Shown: positions 1 to 12,869 of the stretch, in pieces
Numbering within the stretch: the first letter of the stretch is position 1
Layout of the letters: each line of letters begins with the position of its first letter
Assembly (NCBI RefSeq): GCF_036321535.1
Contig: NC_087437.1
Location: 61,444,001-61,508,000, forward strand
Length of the DNA: 64,000 nt
Reading direction: 5' to 3'
Source of the DNA: Camelus dromedarius
Lineage: Eukaryota
Notes under the pieces: generated by a model
Told to the model about the DNA's origin: nothing
The model's input: the letters and a program-made list of their open reading frames with translations, nothing else
Database searches by the model: none
Program-made: the position numbers and the translations under genes

Positions 1-174
1 CAACACAGTCTTTCTTTTATTGTAGGTGTTGAACAAATATGCCAGCATGAGTGTTTGAATTATTTTTGTCCAACCTACTTTATAAAACTCATTCTGCCCC
101 ACACTTCTAGAGGAAGAGGGTGAAATGAATACACATACTTCCCTTTTTGGAGCAATATGCAAGTTGTCTTGCTG

Positions 175-1050
175 TTTCCTTCTTTACTTAGCAAATATTT
201 ATGTGCCAGGCTCTGTCCAAGACCCTAGGGATCCTGCAATGTGCAAACTCTTTCATTCTAGTTGAGGGAGAGAGATAATAAATAAGACAAATAAATAAAA
301 TATGTATTAGGTTAGGTTGTGATCAGTGTTATGAAGAAAAATCAAAGCAGAAGAGGGTGGTCAGGTAGACCCACTGAGAAGCTGAAGGAGGAGGAGGAGG
401 ATTTAGCCAAGTGAATATCTGGAGGAGAAGCATTCTAAGCAGACTGAGCAATGCATGCAAAGATCCCGAGGCAGGACTGTGCATTCAAGGAACAGCAAGG
501 AAGTCAGTGTAGCTTGTGTGTCATGAACAAGTTCAAGAGGACAGCAGAGAGGTACAGATGGTTTACAGTTTTGCGGGCCATTGTAGGAATGTGGCTTTTT
601 CTCTGAAAGAAATGGGAGGGTTTGGAGCAAAGGAGTGACATAGTCTGCCTTACATTATAAAAAGACAGCTCTGGCTGATGTACTGAACTAGACAAGGGAT
701 GGGGGACAAGGGTAGAAACACGGAGGCCTGGTGGGAGGATACTAGTCATCCAGGTGAGAGGTGATGGCAACTTGGACCACGGTGAGAGCAGTGGAGATGG
801 TGAGGAGGGGTCACATTATGGGCGTATTTTGATGACAGTAGAGCCAACAGAATTTCCTCATGAATTGGATATAAAATGTGAAAGAAATAGAGGAATAGGA
901 AATAGTTCCAAGGATTTGGGCTTAAACAACTGAAGGAAGTAATTGACATTAACTGAGATGAGGAAGATGCAGGTAGAGCAGGTTTAGGGGAAAGGTTAGT
1001 ACTTTGATTTTGGAAATGTTGAATGTAAGGTATCTATTGGTGGAGATCAA
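175..1050 (-). mobile_element. L2 LINE fragment
   Basis: Purine-rich plus strand with L2 motifs (TGTGCCAGG, CTCTGGCTG, GTCATCCAGGTGAGAGGTGATGG). Confidence 0.7.
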
Positions 1051-1617
1051 CTAGAACCATCCATGCGGAGAGGCTGAACACCTACATTAACAATAGTTGT
1101 ATGAGATACAACTAGACAACTCTCGACAGCTAAGGGTAGGATGGAGTTTAGACATTTTTTTCTTTCTCTTCCCCCCCCCCATCTCATTTCTTCTCCCCTC
1201 CCCTTGGTCCTTTCAGATTTTCTCAAAATTTTTAAATCATAAGCAAGTTTTACTTCTACCATAGAAAAAAATTAGCCACTTTTAATTTTAAAAAGTAACA
1301 TGACAAGAGTTATGAGAAGAGGAATAATTAAGTATTGCCTGTGTTGAGAATTTGAAATTCAAGTCAACTCAACAAGCATTCTCTGTGATCTGACTATGGG
1401 CCAGGCACTGGGCTAAGTTCAGGTGACATCGATAAACAGATGTGGTTTCTGCTCTGAAGGAGCTCACAGCTCAAAAGGCTCCGGGGTCAGCCCCAGTTAG
1501 TGCTGTAATCAAGGTCCAAACCAGGAACCAGAGGAGCATAAAGGAGGGAGGTAGCAGTGAGGGTGCACTAAATCCCAGTATCATCAAAATGTGTCCCTGG
1601 ACCACAATGAGTGTAAT

Positions 1618-1623
1618 TTTAAT
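1618..1623 (-). terminator. Probable MUC20 polyadenylation signal ATTAAA
   Basis: ATTAAA about 320 nt downstream of the stop codon, in context CATTAAAATTACACTCATTGTGG. Confidence 0.6.
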
Positions 1624-1940
1624 GTAGGATGGAAGCACACAGCAGGTAACAGATAGGTGATCAAGTGACTTTTTACTGAAACACAACACATGTGCCAGGG
1701 GAGGTTCCAGGACATCTGTGTAGGGGAAGACCCCCTCCCTACACACATACGTGAGGCATATGTGAGCCAGGGTCCCACTGCCCTGTAAGTAAGGGCAAGG
1801 CCTCAGGCCTGCTGATCTACGTGGGAAACTTCCAGGTACATCTCAAGCAGTAACATGGCTCCAGTCCTAGTGGGGCCCGGGCCACAGGCAGCACTGTCCC
1901 TCTTCAGCGCACGGCCATGCTGGGTCACAGCTGATGTTCT

Positions 1941-2003
1941 TCAGCTCCTCCTGACACGCAGCAGGGAGACACGGACGAGAGGCAAGCACAGTTCACGGTG
2001 GAG
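1941..2003 (-). CDS. MUC20: MUC20 terminal coding exon
   Basis: ccttttgcccaccag|CTC CAC CGT ... AGC TGA, encodes LHRELCLPLVRVSLLRVRRS*. Confidence 0.94.
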   Translation of the reverse strand, partial: LHRELCLPLVRVSLLRVRRS

Positions 2004-5000
2004 CTGGTGGGCAAAAGGATCAGGTGGTACTTCCAGCCCCTCTGACCTGTGAACTCACCACAGGCCAAGGACAGGAAGGGACAGAGGACATATAAGGAGG
2101 CCAGGGACACCTCCTGAGCATGGGTGAGGTGCTTCATGTCATTTAAATCTCACAGTAACCTCATTTAACAGGGAAGGGAAGTAATATGGAGTAACTTACC
2201 GAAGGTCACACTGTTAGGAAGTGGAATCTACACTCAGATCTACCAACCTCCAAAGCTTGTTGTTTGTCTGACCCCTGAGCCCCTCGCCAGTGGCCAGCTC
2301 CCAACAAGAACTGACGCCCAACACCTGCACGGCCTGGTTCCTGCACCTCATCTCCTGACCTGCTCCTATCTCCCTGGTTTCTTTCTGACCTCCTAGAATA
2401 GTTTCCACTTTGAGGGGCTTGGGTCTGACACATTCCTGGCTAGGATTCAACTAGGATTCACACTTGCTACTTGGATCATCATGCACTGTGGGCATTTGTC
2501 ATTTATTTGGCTGTCTCACTTCAAAACCCCAAGCCATGTTCAGGGAACTCCTTATTACAGGAGTCCTGATAGGCACCCCCTTCCACTAAGAGAACTTCAA
2601 GGGCCCAGACATTCCCTCTTCCCATCATCCCCTGGCAGCAAGATGTGGGCACAAGAGCTAGCCTGAGCTGACTCATTCTAACTTCCCAATGGCTCGCACC
2701 ATCCCTCAAAGCCCTGATCCCAGAATTCCACACCCCTAGAAGCTTTGTCCAGTGATCTGGGTTTTAGGAGAATTTTCCCAACTTACTGTATAAATATAAT
2801 CTTGGTCCCCATCTAGAGTTTTTTTTCCCCCTGTCTAGCATGTCTGTTTCCTTTGGGGATTCTCCTTCCCATTCCATGTGGTTCCGGTCAGACTGTCAGT
2901 TGTGGTGGCTGTTCTAGTCAATGAGATCAGTCCTTCCCTAGTGTGCTTTGCAGATCTTGGGAGAGGGCAGTGCCTTTTGAATCTACAGCTGTCACAGCCA
3001 CCTTTCCTTATATAAGAAGAGACTCAGGAACGAAGAGAGCAGAGCTAAGAGGAGAGAAAGAGGAAATCCTAATGATCAAGTTTGAGCTGCTGGATACAGC
3101 CATAACTGAAGCTGGATAGCCACTTCTTAGTTTCTTAGCCAATACCTTTTGTCTGTGTAAGCAATGATGAGTAGGGTGCAGCCACTTGCAACCAAAAGTC
3201 CTGCCTATCTGCCCATTAGTATCATTGACCTACTCCCAGGAGCCAGAAGGCCTGATCTTCCTAGGGCCTGAGGAATTTTGGTTGAGAGAAATAATTTTTT
3301 ACATTGCAGAGAAGGGGAATTCAGAACTCGGGAAAAACAGGCAAAAGAAACGTCAGGCAGGGATCCTTAGATTTTGCTCCTAATTCTCCATAAGAAACTA
3401 TACCCTCCCAAGTGTAGCAGTGGCTCTTTTGTATCCTGCAGATCTTCCCTAGAGTCCCAGAGAACCTCCCACTCTGCTCTGCTCCCCAGCACAGATAGTG
3501 CCCACTCACCTGCTGCATCAGCCTCTCCACCACTCTGGGGTCAGTGAGGTCTTCTGGGGAGTCTACACTCAGCCTTAGGAGGAGGAAGCCTCCATCCCCA
3601 CCTGCAAGTTGAAAACAGTAGGAAGACGAAAATATGGGTAAGTCAGTTCAGGAATCAAGATGCGAACTGTGAGGGGTCTGGGGGAGGGTATATCCAGTGG
3701 TAGAGCACATGCTTGGCATGCACAAGGTCCTGGGCTCAATTCCCAGTACCCCCATTAAAAAAAAAAGATGTGAACTCTGCTACCCAGCTTCTGTCCCCCT
3801 TTTGCATACATGGGTTAATGTGTCTGTGTTCACACAGGATTTTACAGCTACTCACCACAAAGAGAAAGAGGATTTCTTCTCTCCAATAATTGGATGTGTC
3901 TTCCCAGCAATAATGAAGGAAATGGCTAAAGACCCAATCCACATTTGGAGAAGTCAAAAGAACGCTGTGAGGAAGGAGAAATGAAAGTGGATCTAGAATG
4001 TTCTCAAGGCCTGGAGGCCCTGAATGGGGCTGTCGGGGAAGGGGCCAGCCTGAGAGAATGCTGCAGAGAGGCCGGCTCTCTGAGGGGATGGGCTCGGCTG
4101 ATTCGTCCAGCTCTAAGCTGGTGGAGGGCTTTCAATTCAGCCTTCCTGACTTAGCAGCTTGGTAGGCAACTTCTGTCTTTTGTTAAGCCCTGATCTTCCT
4201 GCCTTTACCTGCCACCCTGTAGTTGTTTCATCCTATCAGATTACTATTAGAATTGATCCAGCAACTGCACATCTAGAAGTTTATTCTACAGAAAATAACA
4301 TACGTGAAAAATGTAAGATTTGCTGAAGCACCATTTGTCATAACAAAATACTGGAAAGAACCAAAATGTCCATCCATAAAGGACTGGTTAAGTAAATTAT
4401 GGCAAAGCAAAATGGAATACTAGAAGCAGATCTGTGTTTATCACACATTCCCCTTGCATAAAAAGGAAGAGGAAAGATACTATCTATATTATATAGATAT
4501 AGATTTCTTCTTTATGCTTCCATATACATATTTCACGTACAGAAGAGGAGTCACAAGAAAGTGATGCCATCGGTTACGTGTGCAAGGAAAACTGGCTACT
4601 TGGGGGACAGCGTAGAAGAAAGACATTTCATGGTGTATGTACCCTTTTACACTTACTGAATTTTAAATCATGTGAGTATATCATCTAATCAATAAATAAT
4701 AAAGCATTTAAAAATATATATTAATAAATTGACTTTTTTTTTTAGGAAGTGTCCATGTTTGTTGTTTTTCTGTTTTTAGGTGGTGGGAGGTAATTAGGTT
4801 TATTTATTTATTAAAAAAAAGTTTTTAATGGAGGTACTGGGGATTGACACCAGGACCTCGTGTATGCTAAGCACACACTCTACCACTGAGCTATACCCTT
4901 CCCCCAATAAATTGAGCTTTTACAAGTAAAAGCACAGTGGGAGACTATGAGTCTTGGAATCAGACTTTCATTTGGAATCTCACTGCTACCTTTTTACCGT

Positions 5001-8000
5001 CTTTAAATCTGTTTCATCATCTGTCAGATGGGGTGAATACCCACCTCAAACAGTGGTTTCAAAGGCTTAATTAGAAGAGATAACATGCAAACTCATAGTA
5101 CACTGCCTGACATCAGAGAGAACGTTCAGCTGGTGCCAATGTTTACTGGTTGTGAAATACTTTTATACCATCTCTGCCTGAAATGCAAGATATTCAATAA
5201 AGCGGTTGTGATTAATATTATTTCACCTACTCAGAAAGATAGGGCAAGCTGAGGATACCGTGGGGATGAGACATGAGGACAGAGTGACTGGAAGTGGAAG
5301 TGAAGGCTACAGGCTGACTAAGAGCTGGCCTGACCAAGCAGCCTCTGACAAGGGACTTCTGCCCTGAGAAGTATCTGTTTTCTCAGAGATGTGACTTTAA
5401 ATTCCCCAACTTTTACCCAATCAATTTATTTAGTTTAAATCACCATCTATGGCACCAATCCCAACATGTGCATCCAGCGAGCTCCACTTCCAAGAGGTCC
5501 CGGCTGCTCAGAGGGCAGCAACTGGGACCAGTTGCCCATATGGTACCTTCTGAGCACTTCTGGCTGAACCAGAGACTTTCAGAGCATGAGAGCTGTGTCT
5601 TAAATAAAATCTGTGTCCTTGCCTGGTACCCAATAGCTACTCAACAGTTATGCTCGTAGAAGGGCAGAGCTGGAAAGGACCTCATTGCAACCCCCTCCAG
5701 CTACTCGTGGAGAAACTGAGGCCCAGAGAGGGAGAGGGATCTGTCATAGGTCACTCAGGTGGTTAAGGGCTGAGACAAGGTCACAAACCATTTCTCCACA
5801 CTGCCAACACTGAATTCTTCCATCCACCACCTTAGCCCTGCTTGTTTCTGATTTTGGTAAGAAGCACTTAGGAGATCATAAAGAAGCAGCATTAGAGACA
5901 GGACTCAGAATAGGCCTCTCAGTCCTTCCTTTCTCCCTGCTCCTTAAACATGCAGACATCTTGGAGACTCCAAACCCCAAATCCCCACAGATCACACATG
6001 GGGGAGCCACTTACCTGCAGTGACATCTGTCCACCTTGTCTGAGCAGTGGTGGGCATGGCTGCTGAGGGCTTCCCCTGAGCTGTGCTGGTTGTCTTCAAA
6101 GTCTTCACTGAGGCTGTGGTCTTAGCTAAGGTGGTGCTTTTTTCTTGGCTGCTGCTGGCCGTAGTCAGATGGACAGAAGGAAGAGGGCTCTTGCTGATGG
6201 GAACAGTCCCACTAAATGTGCTGTCTGTTGTAGAAGGCTCTGAGAGGGTGGAGCTCACGATAGTGGCTACTTCCGAGAGGCTGTAGACTGTGGCTGAGAA
6301 CCTAGCTGGGGAAGTCACTTTGCCCACTGTTGACCCAGCCCCTGTGGAGATTGTAACTGCTCCTGAGTCCTCCGTGTGGCTTGTTGTCTCAACAGAGAGC
6401 ACTGAGTTTTCTTCTAAGGGGTTCATGCTGACTGTCACCAAGTTTCCACTGGGGGTGGTGGCCTTGGCTGCTGTTGTTTCAACTTCTGCGGTGCTATCGA
6501 TGGTGGATGTGACATCAGGTGTGGCTGATGCTGTGGCACTGGCTGCTGACAAGACCTTAGCAGAGGTTGTGGTCCTGGGGAGGTGTGATCTTGCTTCAGT
6601 GGAGTCAGGCAAAGCTGACGTCTCAGGGGCAGACAGGGCCTTTCCTCCCGTGGGGCTGTGATCCACATCTGAAGTCCTAGGGACGGGGGCAGTTGTTTCT
6701 ATATCTAGAATGCTGCAGTTGGTAACCTCGATGTTGGTGATGTTGTTGGCAGCCAAGGCTTTAGCCAGAGCAGTGATGTCAGGGGACAGGCCTTGGAAGG
6801 AGGTGAAGGCTGAAGCTGAGCTGTCAGAAGAGGCACTGCTCTCCGAGGACAGGGCCTCGGCTTCTGCGGAGGTGTGCGCCCATGTCAAGACATTAACCAT
6901 GACTCTCTTTGCCTCTTCAGAGCTGTCAAAGGTGCAAAGGATGTCAAAGATGGCTTTCAAGAGATGATCGCATGTAACAGTCTCAGCTGCAGTCACTCCA
7001 CTTCCTGTGGGGCTGCCGCTTGTGGCTGATGTTTCCACAGGAGTAGTGATCACAACCGTAGACTTGGAAAGCGTTCTTTTTATGAGGGCCCTGATCTGTG
7101 TTGCAGGAAAAATGGTCTCAGTTTCCCTGGTCTCTGCTTCCGAAATGATGCTGTCTGGGATTAAGGTTCTATCAGAGGTCTTAGTGAGGTCAGTGGTCCA
7201 GAAGACTCCTTCAGAGCTTGTCCTGCTCCCCGAAGTCACAGCAGGAACCTCTGTGTGGCCTGATCCACTGGTACTGGGGCCTGTGTTGGGTAAGACCAAC
7301 TTTGTGAGCTGTGAGTCCCAGGCACGGCCTTCACACAAGCTCTTGTGTTTATGCCCTGGGCACTGCTGGGATTAGGGTGGGGAGGGGGGATGTTTTACCC
7401 TCTTTTTTTCTATATATTCAAGGAAGAAGGAAGCACTGTCAGGAAGCCCAGTCCCACGTGGCAGCCGCGGAACTGGAATCACCCTGACGGATGTCCTCTG
7501 ATGGCCCACTTGAGGCAAGCAAGCCCCAGAATCTAGTTGATTATTAGCCTGAAGTCATCAGAGCAAATGTGTGAGGCCAGGATCCAGCTTCAAGGGGGAA
7601 CAAAGAAGGTAGAAGTCCAAGTGAGCCAAGACTGTGGAGCAGCCACCATAACTCTCGGAACTTTCTGAAAGAATCCTTGTCACTTTTCTATCAATTCTTT
7701 CCTCATCCAGTGAATGTTTCCTCGTGGAAGTAAAAACCCTTCAAACACAAGAAACACCTGTGCTTTTGTGTTCATTAGAGGTAGCTGGGGGGACTGGGGG
7801 AGAGGAAACTCCAAGACAGTGTGGATGGTGGCTGCCACAAAAGAGGGGAGCAGGCAGAGTCCCTGGGGCTCTAGCAAAGGAAAAAGGCAAGCTCCCCACC
7901 CCTGCTCAAGCCTCTCCTGAATGGGGGCCTGAGACGACAGGGATGAGACCCCAGCACGACAGAAACAACATACCAGGCATCTTCCACAGGTAACAGAGAG

Positions 8001-9616
8001 CCAGGTGAGGCAAAACTGCACTTTTAGAGAGATGCCGCTAGTGTTTCTCCATAGGACAGAACATCTCTGCTTGCTTGGCCAACCATCTGAGGCTGTGTGA
8101 CTGGAGGGCCAGCAGGTACTCACTGCCTGGGGCAGGGAGGCTACAGCAGGATCCTTTATGGGCTGACAAGAGTGCCTCTCCTGTCTACCAAGGGGGAAGA
8201 GCTCTCTCTGTAAGTGAGCCAAGGTGCCTCTTGAGAAGTGTTGCCATTTTAGCAAATAAAAATACATGATGCCCAGTTAAATTTGAATTTGAATTTCAGA
8301 TAAACAAGGAATTATTTTAATGACAAATAATTTTTAGTATGTGTATTTCTTATGTAATATTTGAGACATACTTACAGTTTAAATACTTCATTACTGAAAT
8401 TCAAATTTAAGTGGAAGGCTTGTCTTTCATCTAGTAACCCTACTCTTGGAAGGAAAAGATCAAAATATAAGCCCCCTTTTTCAGGGTTCTGATGGTGTAG
8501 GATGGCCTTTCCTGAAATCTACTGGCTCAAAAGAACCCAAGAACCCAGAGGAAGCTCAGGACCACGAGGTCACCTCTACCCAGGGTGTCAGGACTGGTCC
8601 TCAGCTTGTCCTCCTGTGTCTCCTACTGAATGATGAAGGAGCACTGGGCCAGGAGGCAAAAGACTGGGTTCCAGCTCCACATCTGTTGCTTACCAACTCT
8701 GGAGTCTGATGATTTACTGGTTCAAATCCTGACTCTGTCTCCTACCAGCGAAGCCAGCACTAGACATCCCCAAGCCTCCATTTCTTCCCTTTTGAAAGAG
8801 GGTCACAATACCTGCTTTGCCAGGTGGTAAGGGCCAGAGAAGGGGAATCAGGAAGCTCCAGAGCCTGCAGGTGGTTACTAAGCATCCCTCTCTGACCACG
8901 TCCACTCAAGGAGTCACTTGAGAGCACACACCTACTTTAATACAGCCTGAGTTTCAGGCTGTACCCACAGGCGTATTAGGTGGGTCATGGCATCTACACA
9001 CACAAATCACACTTTTACGGGAATAGACTTCCTTCTTCCCACTTCAAAGCCTGAGTTATTTCTCTGGGCCTCCACAGTCCCCACAGATGGAGGCAGAGCC
9101 TTTCTGTCAGCCCACACAGCCAGAAGCCCAAACTGTGGGTTCTGTCCACTGACCCCTCCTGCCACATTTTCTTCCCTTCCTGAGAGCCTGGTGGTGTTAT
9201 CCTGCTGTGAAACCTCATGCTTCCTAAACCCATAGCCCCTTCATCTCCTGCATTCTCATAGCTAAGTCTCTTACCCATCAGGGGTCTTCTCAAACAAAGC
9301 AAAGCCCACCTGGCCCTCTACAGCTCTAGAATGTTGCAGCTCTCCTGACCCATTCCTCAGATCAAACTGGTGCGGAGGAAAGCATGTGGACTTTGGACCT
9401 TGAGTTTGAATCCCCTCTCTGCTGCTTGCTCTGCTGCTTATCAACCTTGTGACCCCACCAAGTCTCCTGGCTCCAAGCCTGCATTTCCTCATCTGTAAAA
9501 CGGTACCCCTATTTTATAGGGTAGTGAACATTGCGTTAAATTAAATGTTAAGTGTGCAGCACAAGCCTGGCAGAGCATGAGTGCATGCTGGAGGCAGTGT
9601 GGTCCAATGGTTAGGG

Positions 9617-9669
<53 letters not shown>

Positions 9670-10713
9670 GAATAAAATCCTGGCTCTGCAGATAAATTAC
9701 TTAATCTTGGTAAGAAGCCTCGGTCTGCTCACCTTGGGAACGGGTGGGGGCGTGGGGAGGGTAAGAATGAAAATTATATCCATCTCACAGGGTAATTGTG
9801 AGGATTAAAAGGACAGTGATGGGAGTATATGGGAAATCTTTGCACTTTACTCTCAATTTTGCTGTGAAGCTAAAATTGCTCTTAAAAAATAAAGCCTTTA
9901 AAAAAAAAGATGATGCATGAGAATGATTTGAAAGTGTAGTTTCCTTGTTTGTAACATGTGTACCTCACTAGTGAGGAATGTTAACAGTGGAGGAGGCTGT
10001 GAGGGGTGGGCAGAGGGTACATAGGAAATCTCTGTACTCTCTGCTCAGTTTTACTGTGAACCTAAAACTTCTCTATAAAATTAAGTCTCTTTTTAAAAAA
10101 GATAATGCATGTGATAAGTTCAGCACAGTTCCTGTTACAGATCAATGTTCGCTCTCCTCTCTCATAAAAGCCTTGCCTCTCTCAGGATTCACTCTCCGCA
10201 AACAGTCTGTTACAGTAACACTTTTCACACAAAAACTGTTTTTTAAAGGAAATCCGTGCTAGAAAATAAACTCGGAGGAGAAAGAATCTCATCAAGCCAT
10301 ATTCTTTGGCTTTATTCAGATTTTTATCACTAGCCTGCACTTCCCTGCTCCCCCGCACTCTCCCTGCTCTAAGTATTCACACCCCTACGGGCATAAAGAC
10401 AAACCTACAGCAACTTCACAATGACATCATTTGTATGGACTGCAGGTCATACATGCTTAAGCTGACCCATTGCTACCCGCGTACTCTTTATCAACCACAG
10501 TAATACTCCACATATGGCTTTAGGGTTGATTGTAATTAACCCAAGAGAGCTACCCTCACCCACAAAGGGCTGCAGTACAGTAACTCCCACCCAGAGCCCT
10601 GTCCGGAGAGAATTGCACAGGCCTCCTCTCACCTTACCTGCAGAGCTCCTGGGGGCCCCAGCCCCCAAGTAGAAGAAGAAAAGGGGCAGAGTCAGGCCCC
10701 AGAAAGAGCCCAT
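1941..10713 (-). CDS. MUC20: Mucin-20, complete 4-exon CDS: join(10713-10638, 7280-6015, 3601-3510, 2003-1941), 1497 nt, 498 aa
   Basis: All introns are GT-AG with compatible phases (1,1,0). Signal peptide MGSFWGLTLPLFFFYLGAGAPRSSAG, a Ser/Thr-rich 1266-nt exon, and C-terminus GGDGGFLLLRLSVDSPEDLTDPRVVERLMQQ|LHRELCLPLVRVSLLRVRRS* match mammalian MUC20 as I recall it. Confidence 0.96.
3510..3601 (-). CDS. MUC20: MUC20 exon 3
   Basis: ttttcaacttgcag|GTGGG ... CAGCAG|gtgagt, 92 nt, encodes GGDGGFLLLRLSVDSPEDLTDPRVVERLMQQ. Confidence 0.95.
3680..3767 (+). mobile_element. tRNA-derived SINE (camelid Vic-1-like), short copy
   Basis: GGGGAGGGTATA...CAGTGGTAGAG...GGTCCTGGGCTCAATTCCCAG with A tail. 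Confidence 0.8.
4735..4905 (-). mobile_element. tRNA-derived SINE (Vic-1-like)
   Basis: Reverse-complement A and B boxes; flanking direct repeat AATAAATTGA. Confidence 0.85.
6015..7280 (-). CDS. MUC20: MUC20 exon 2 (mucin PTS region)
   Basis: Acceptor acacag|GCCCC, donor GCAG|gtaagt, 1266 nt open frame inside ORF 5992..7338; motifs IFDILCTFDSSEEAKR and NITNIEVTNCSI. Confidence 0.96.
9618..9667. repeat. (TG)25 microsatellite in MUC20 intron 1
   Basis: Perfect dinucleotide run. Confidence 0.95.
10638..10713 (-). CDS. MUC20: MUC20 coding exon 1 (signal peptide)
   Basis: ATG at 10713, 76 nt, donor GCAG|gtaagg. Confidence 0.95.
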
Positions 10714-10789
10714 CCTGGCTGGGGCTCCGGCCACCACTGCCCAGCAGATCTGCCACTGCCTCTCACTGCCACCTTTCCTGCTTCCTCAA

Positions 10790-10840
10790 CCCGGGGAGCA
10801 GGGGCGGGCCACCTGCCTAGGTGTGACTGGGTAGTTTCCA
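10790..10840 (-). promoter_or_regulatory. MUC20 proximal promoter with GC box
   Basis: GGGGCGGG at 10801-10808, about 90 nt upstream of the ATG; no TATA box seen. Confidence 0.35.
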
Positions 10841-12869
10841 GGATGCAGCCAAGTGCACATGCTGAGAGCTGGCAGGTTGTGTGACAGAGTTGTCAACAAG
10901 CTAACCCTCCTGCCCGCCCTTGCCCACTGACCTCTCCTCTCTGAAGTTTGATTTGAAGATATGGTATTTCCATACTGATATTCACCCCCTGGGTCCTGCA
11001 GCCAAGGAGGCTGTGGAAGATGTTGTTTTACACACATTTCCCCCTTCCCACAACCTCTCCCCCCTGCCCTATCCCCTTGTGCTTGGGGTTTGGGATTTTA
11101 GTTAGAGAGATCTGGGTTTTATTCCTAATCTTAGACCTTATTAGCTCTATAATCTAGGGCAAATTAAAGAATTTTCAGAACCTCAACCTCTTGATCTGTA
11201 AAATGGGCATAATCCTTACTTCACTGGGCTGTTATGTGAGATCACATGAGATAGTAAGGCTCTAACATAGTGTCTGCTACATACTCGGTGCTCACCGAGA
11301 ACATATACATCTCAGGTGTTCAGTAAGTGAGTGAGAGCCCTGACATCCACTCTGATCCTCAAGCAATAGAGAGAAAAAACAGCCCCCTGAGGTCTGGAGG
11401 AGACGACTCTCCAGTGTAGGGCAGGACTGATCCTTAACATCCTTCTGTCTTCACATCCTCTGATCCTGCATCCCAGCCAGAGCCAGGACCATGTCCCGGG
11501 CCAGACTGGAGGTGCGGGGTGGGGAAGAATCTGGCTGGAAGAAGGGAAAGGGAAAGGTGATGATCTGAGTCCCAGGGCCTGGGAGGAGGGAAGTGTGAGG
11601 GTGACTTGGGGATTTGGCCACAAGGAGTCAATGAGGCTGCAGAATATATTTCCAAATGCTCTACCGAAGAATCTTATCCTCTCAAAGTTCCAAGGCCATA
11701 AGCTGTATGGCCACAGCCAGTGACCTGACAAAGTACCTTGGGAATTTCAGGGCAAGAGTTTTGTGATGAAAGCAGCTCTAGAGTAGAGGAAAGCTTGTTG
11801 GACCAGCGTCAAGAAATCACAAAATTTCATGGCTGGAATGTACTTTAATGTGGAATCAAAAGGTCTAGTTTCTGTTTCCAGCTTCTTCCTTAATGGTAGC
11901 CCAGGAGCTGTGTAATCTTGGAAAAGTTATTTGCCTTCTCTGGGCCCCTGTCAATAAGGCCTCTGAGGTCCTGTTGGCCATGAAGTCTGAGGTCCTACAT
12001 TTGGTGTGAGACACTGTCTTCTAGAACTTCACCCTGTGTTGGGATAAAGGGCTCTGCAGTCTGGAGGGAGAAGAGAGTCATTCCAGGGCATCGAGGAAGG
12101 AAGACTGTATGAGAAGGGGCTGAGGGGGTCCCTCTGGGACACGACCCAGCACTTGGGGTCAGAACTCTTGGACCTCAATTGCAACTACACTGCTAATCTG
12201 CAGAGTACTCCTGACAGGCTGAGCCCTTCCACCTCCCATTCAACCTCAGTCCTTCATGTTGTAAAATGGGAGCATGGATTTTTCCCCTTGGGCGTGTTAG
12301 GTGGGGAGGGGAGGCCCCAGGGCCACAGCGATGACCTGAATTCTGTTTGACCCCATCTAGTAATGAGTGACCTGAGAAGACAGAAGAGAAATCCAGAAAG
12401 AATGCAGCTCCTTTCTGCCACCTTCTTCCCCTCCTGGTCCACCTGTCTGCCCCACCCCAGCTAAGACAGGGACTTCCTCATTCCAGCAGCCAGGGGCTTA
12501 ACCTACCGACAGAGGTACTTCAGGTGCCCTTTTCACCACCCCCACCCTCTCCAGCCCCCCCCCCCATGGACTTCCCCTCTCCATTTCCTTTTTCTTTTCA
12601 TCATCTAAGTGATCAACAGCTCAGTTCTAGCCCAGTTGACTGTGATGGTATCTAACCAGGAACCTGCTGGAGGGAAGCCTGGCTGAATGCTTTCCTGGGT
12701 TTTGCTGAACTTTGTCTAGTCCACCTTCCTCTGTATCTGGAGAATTTCTAAGCCTGGGCACATGACTGTTGGCCCTGGACCATAATACTCTTATCCAAAA
12801 AGTTCCTGGCCATTTTGATCAGCCAAACTCAGCTCTCACCCTGAATGAGCATAGGAGGCTAGTTTTATT

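Noticed and set aside
6083..7375. Several plus-strand ORFs of 67-123 aa
   Set aside because: Antisense shadows of the MUC20 Ser/Thr-rich exon.
7680..8267. 195-aa minus-strand ORF in MUC20 intron 1
   Set aside because: Starts in a repeat remnant, has no recognisable domain, and is a likely chance ORF.
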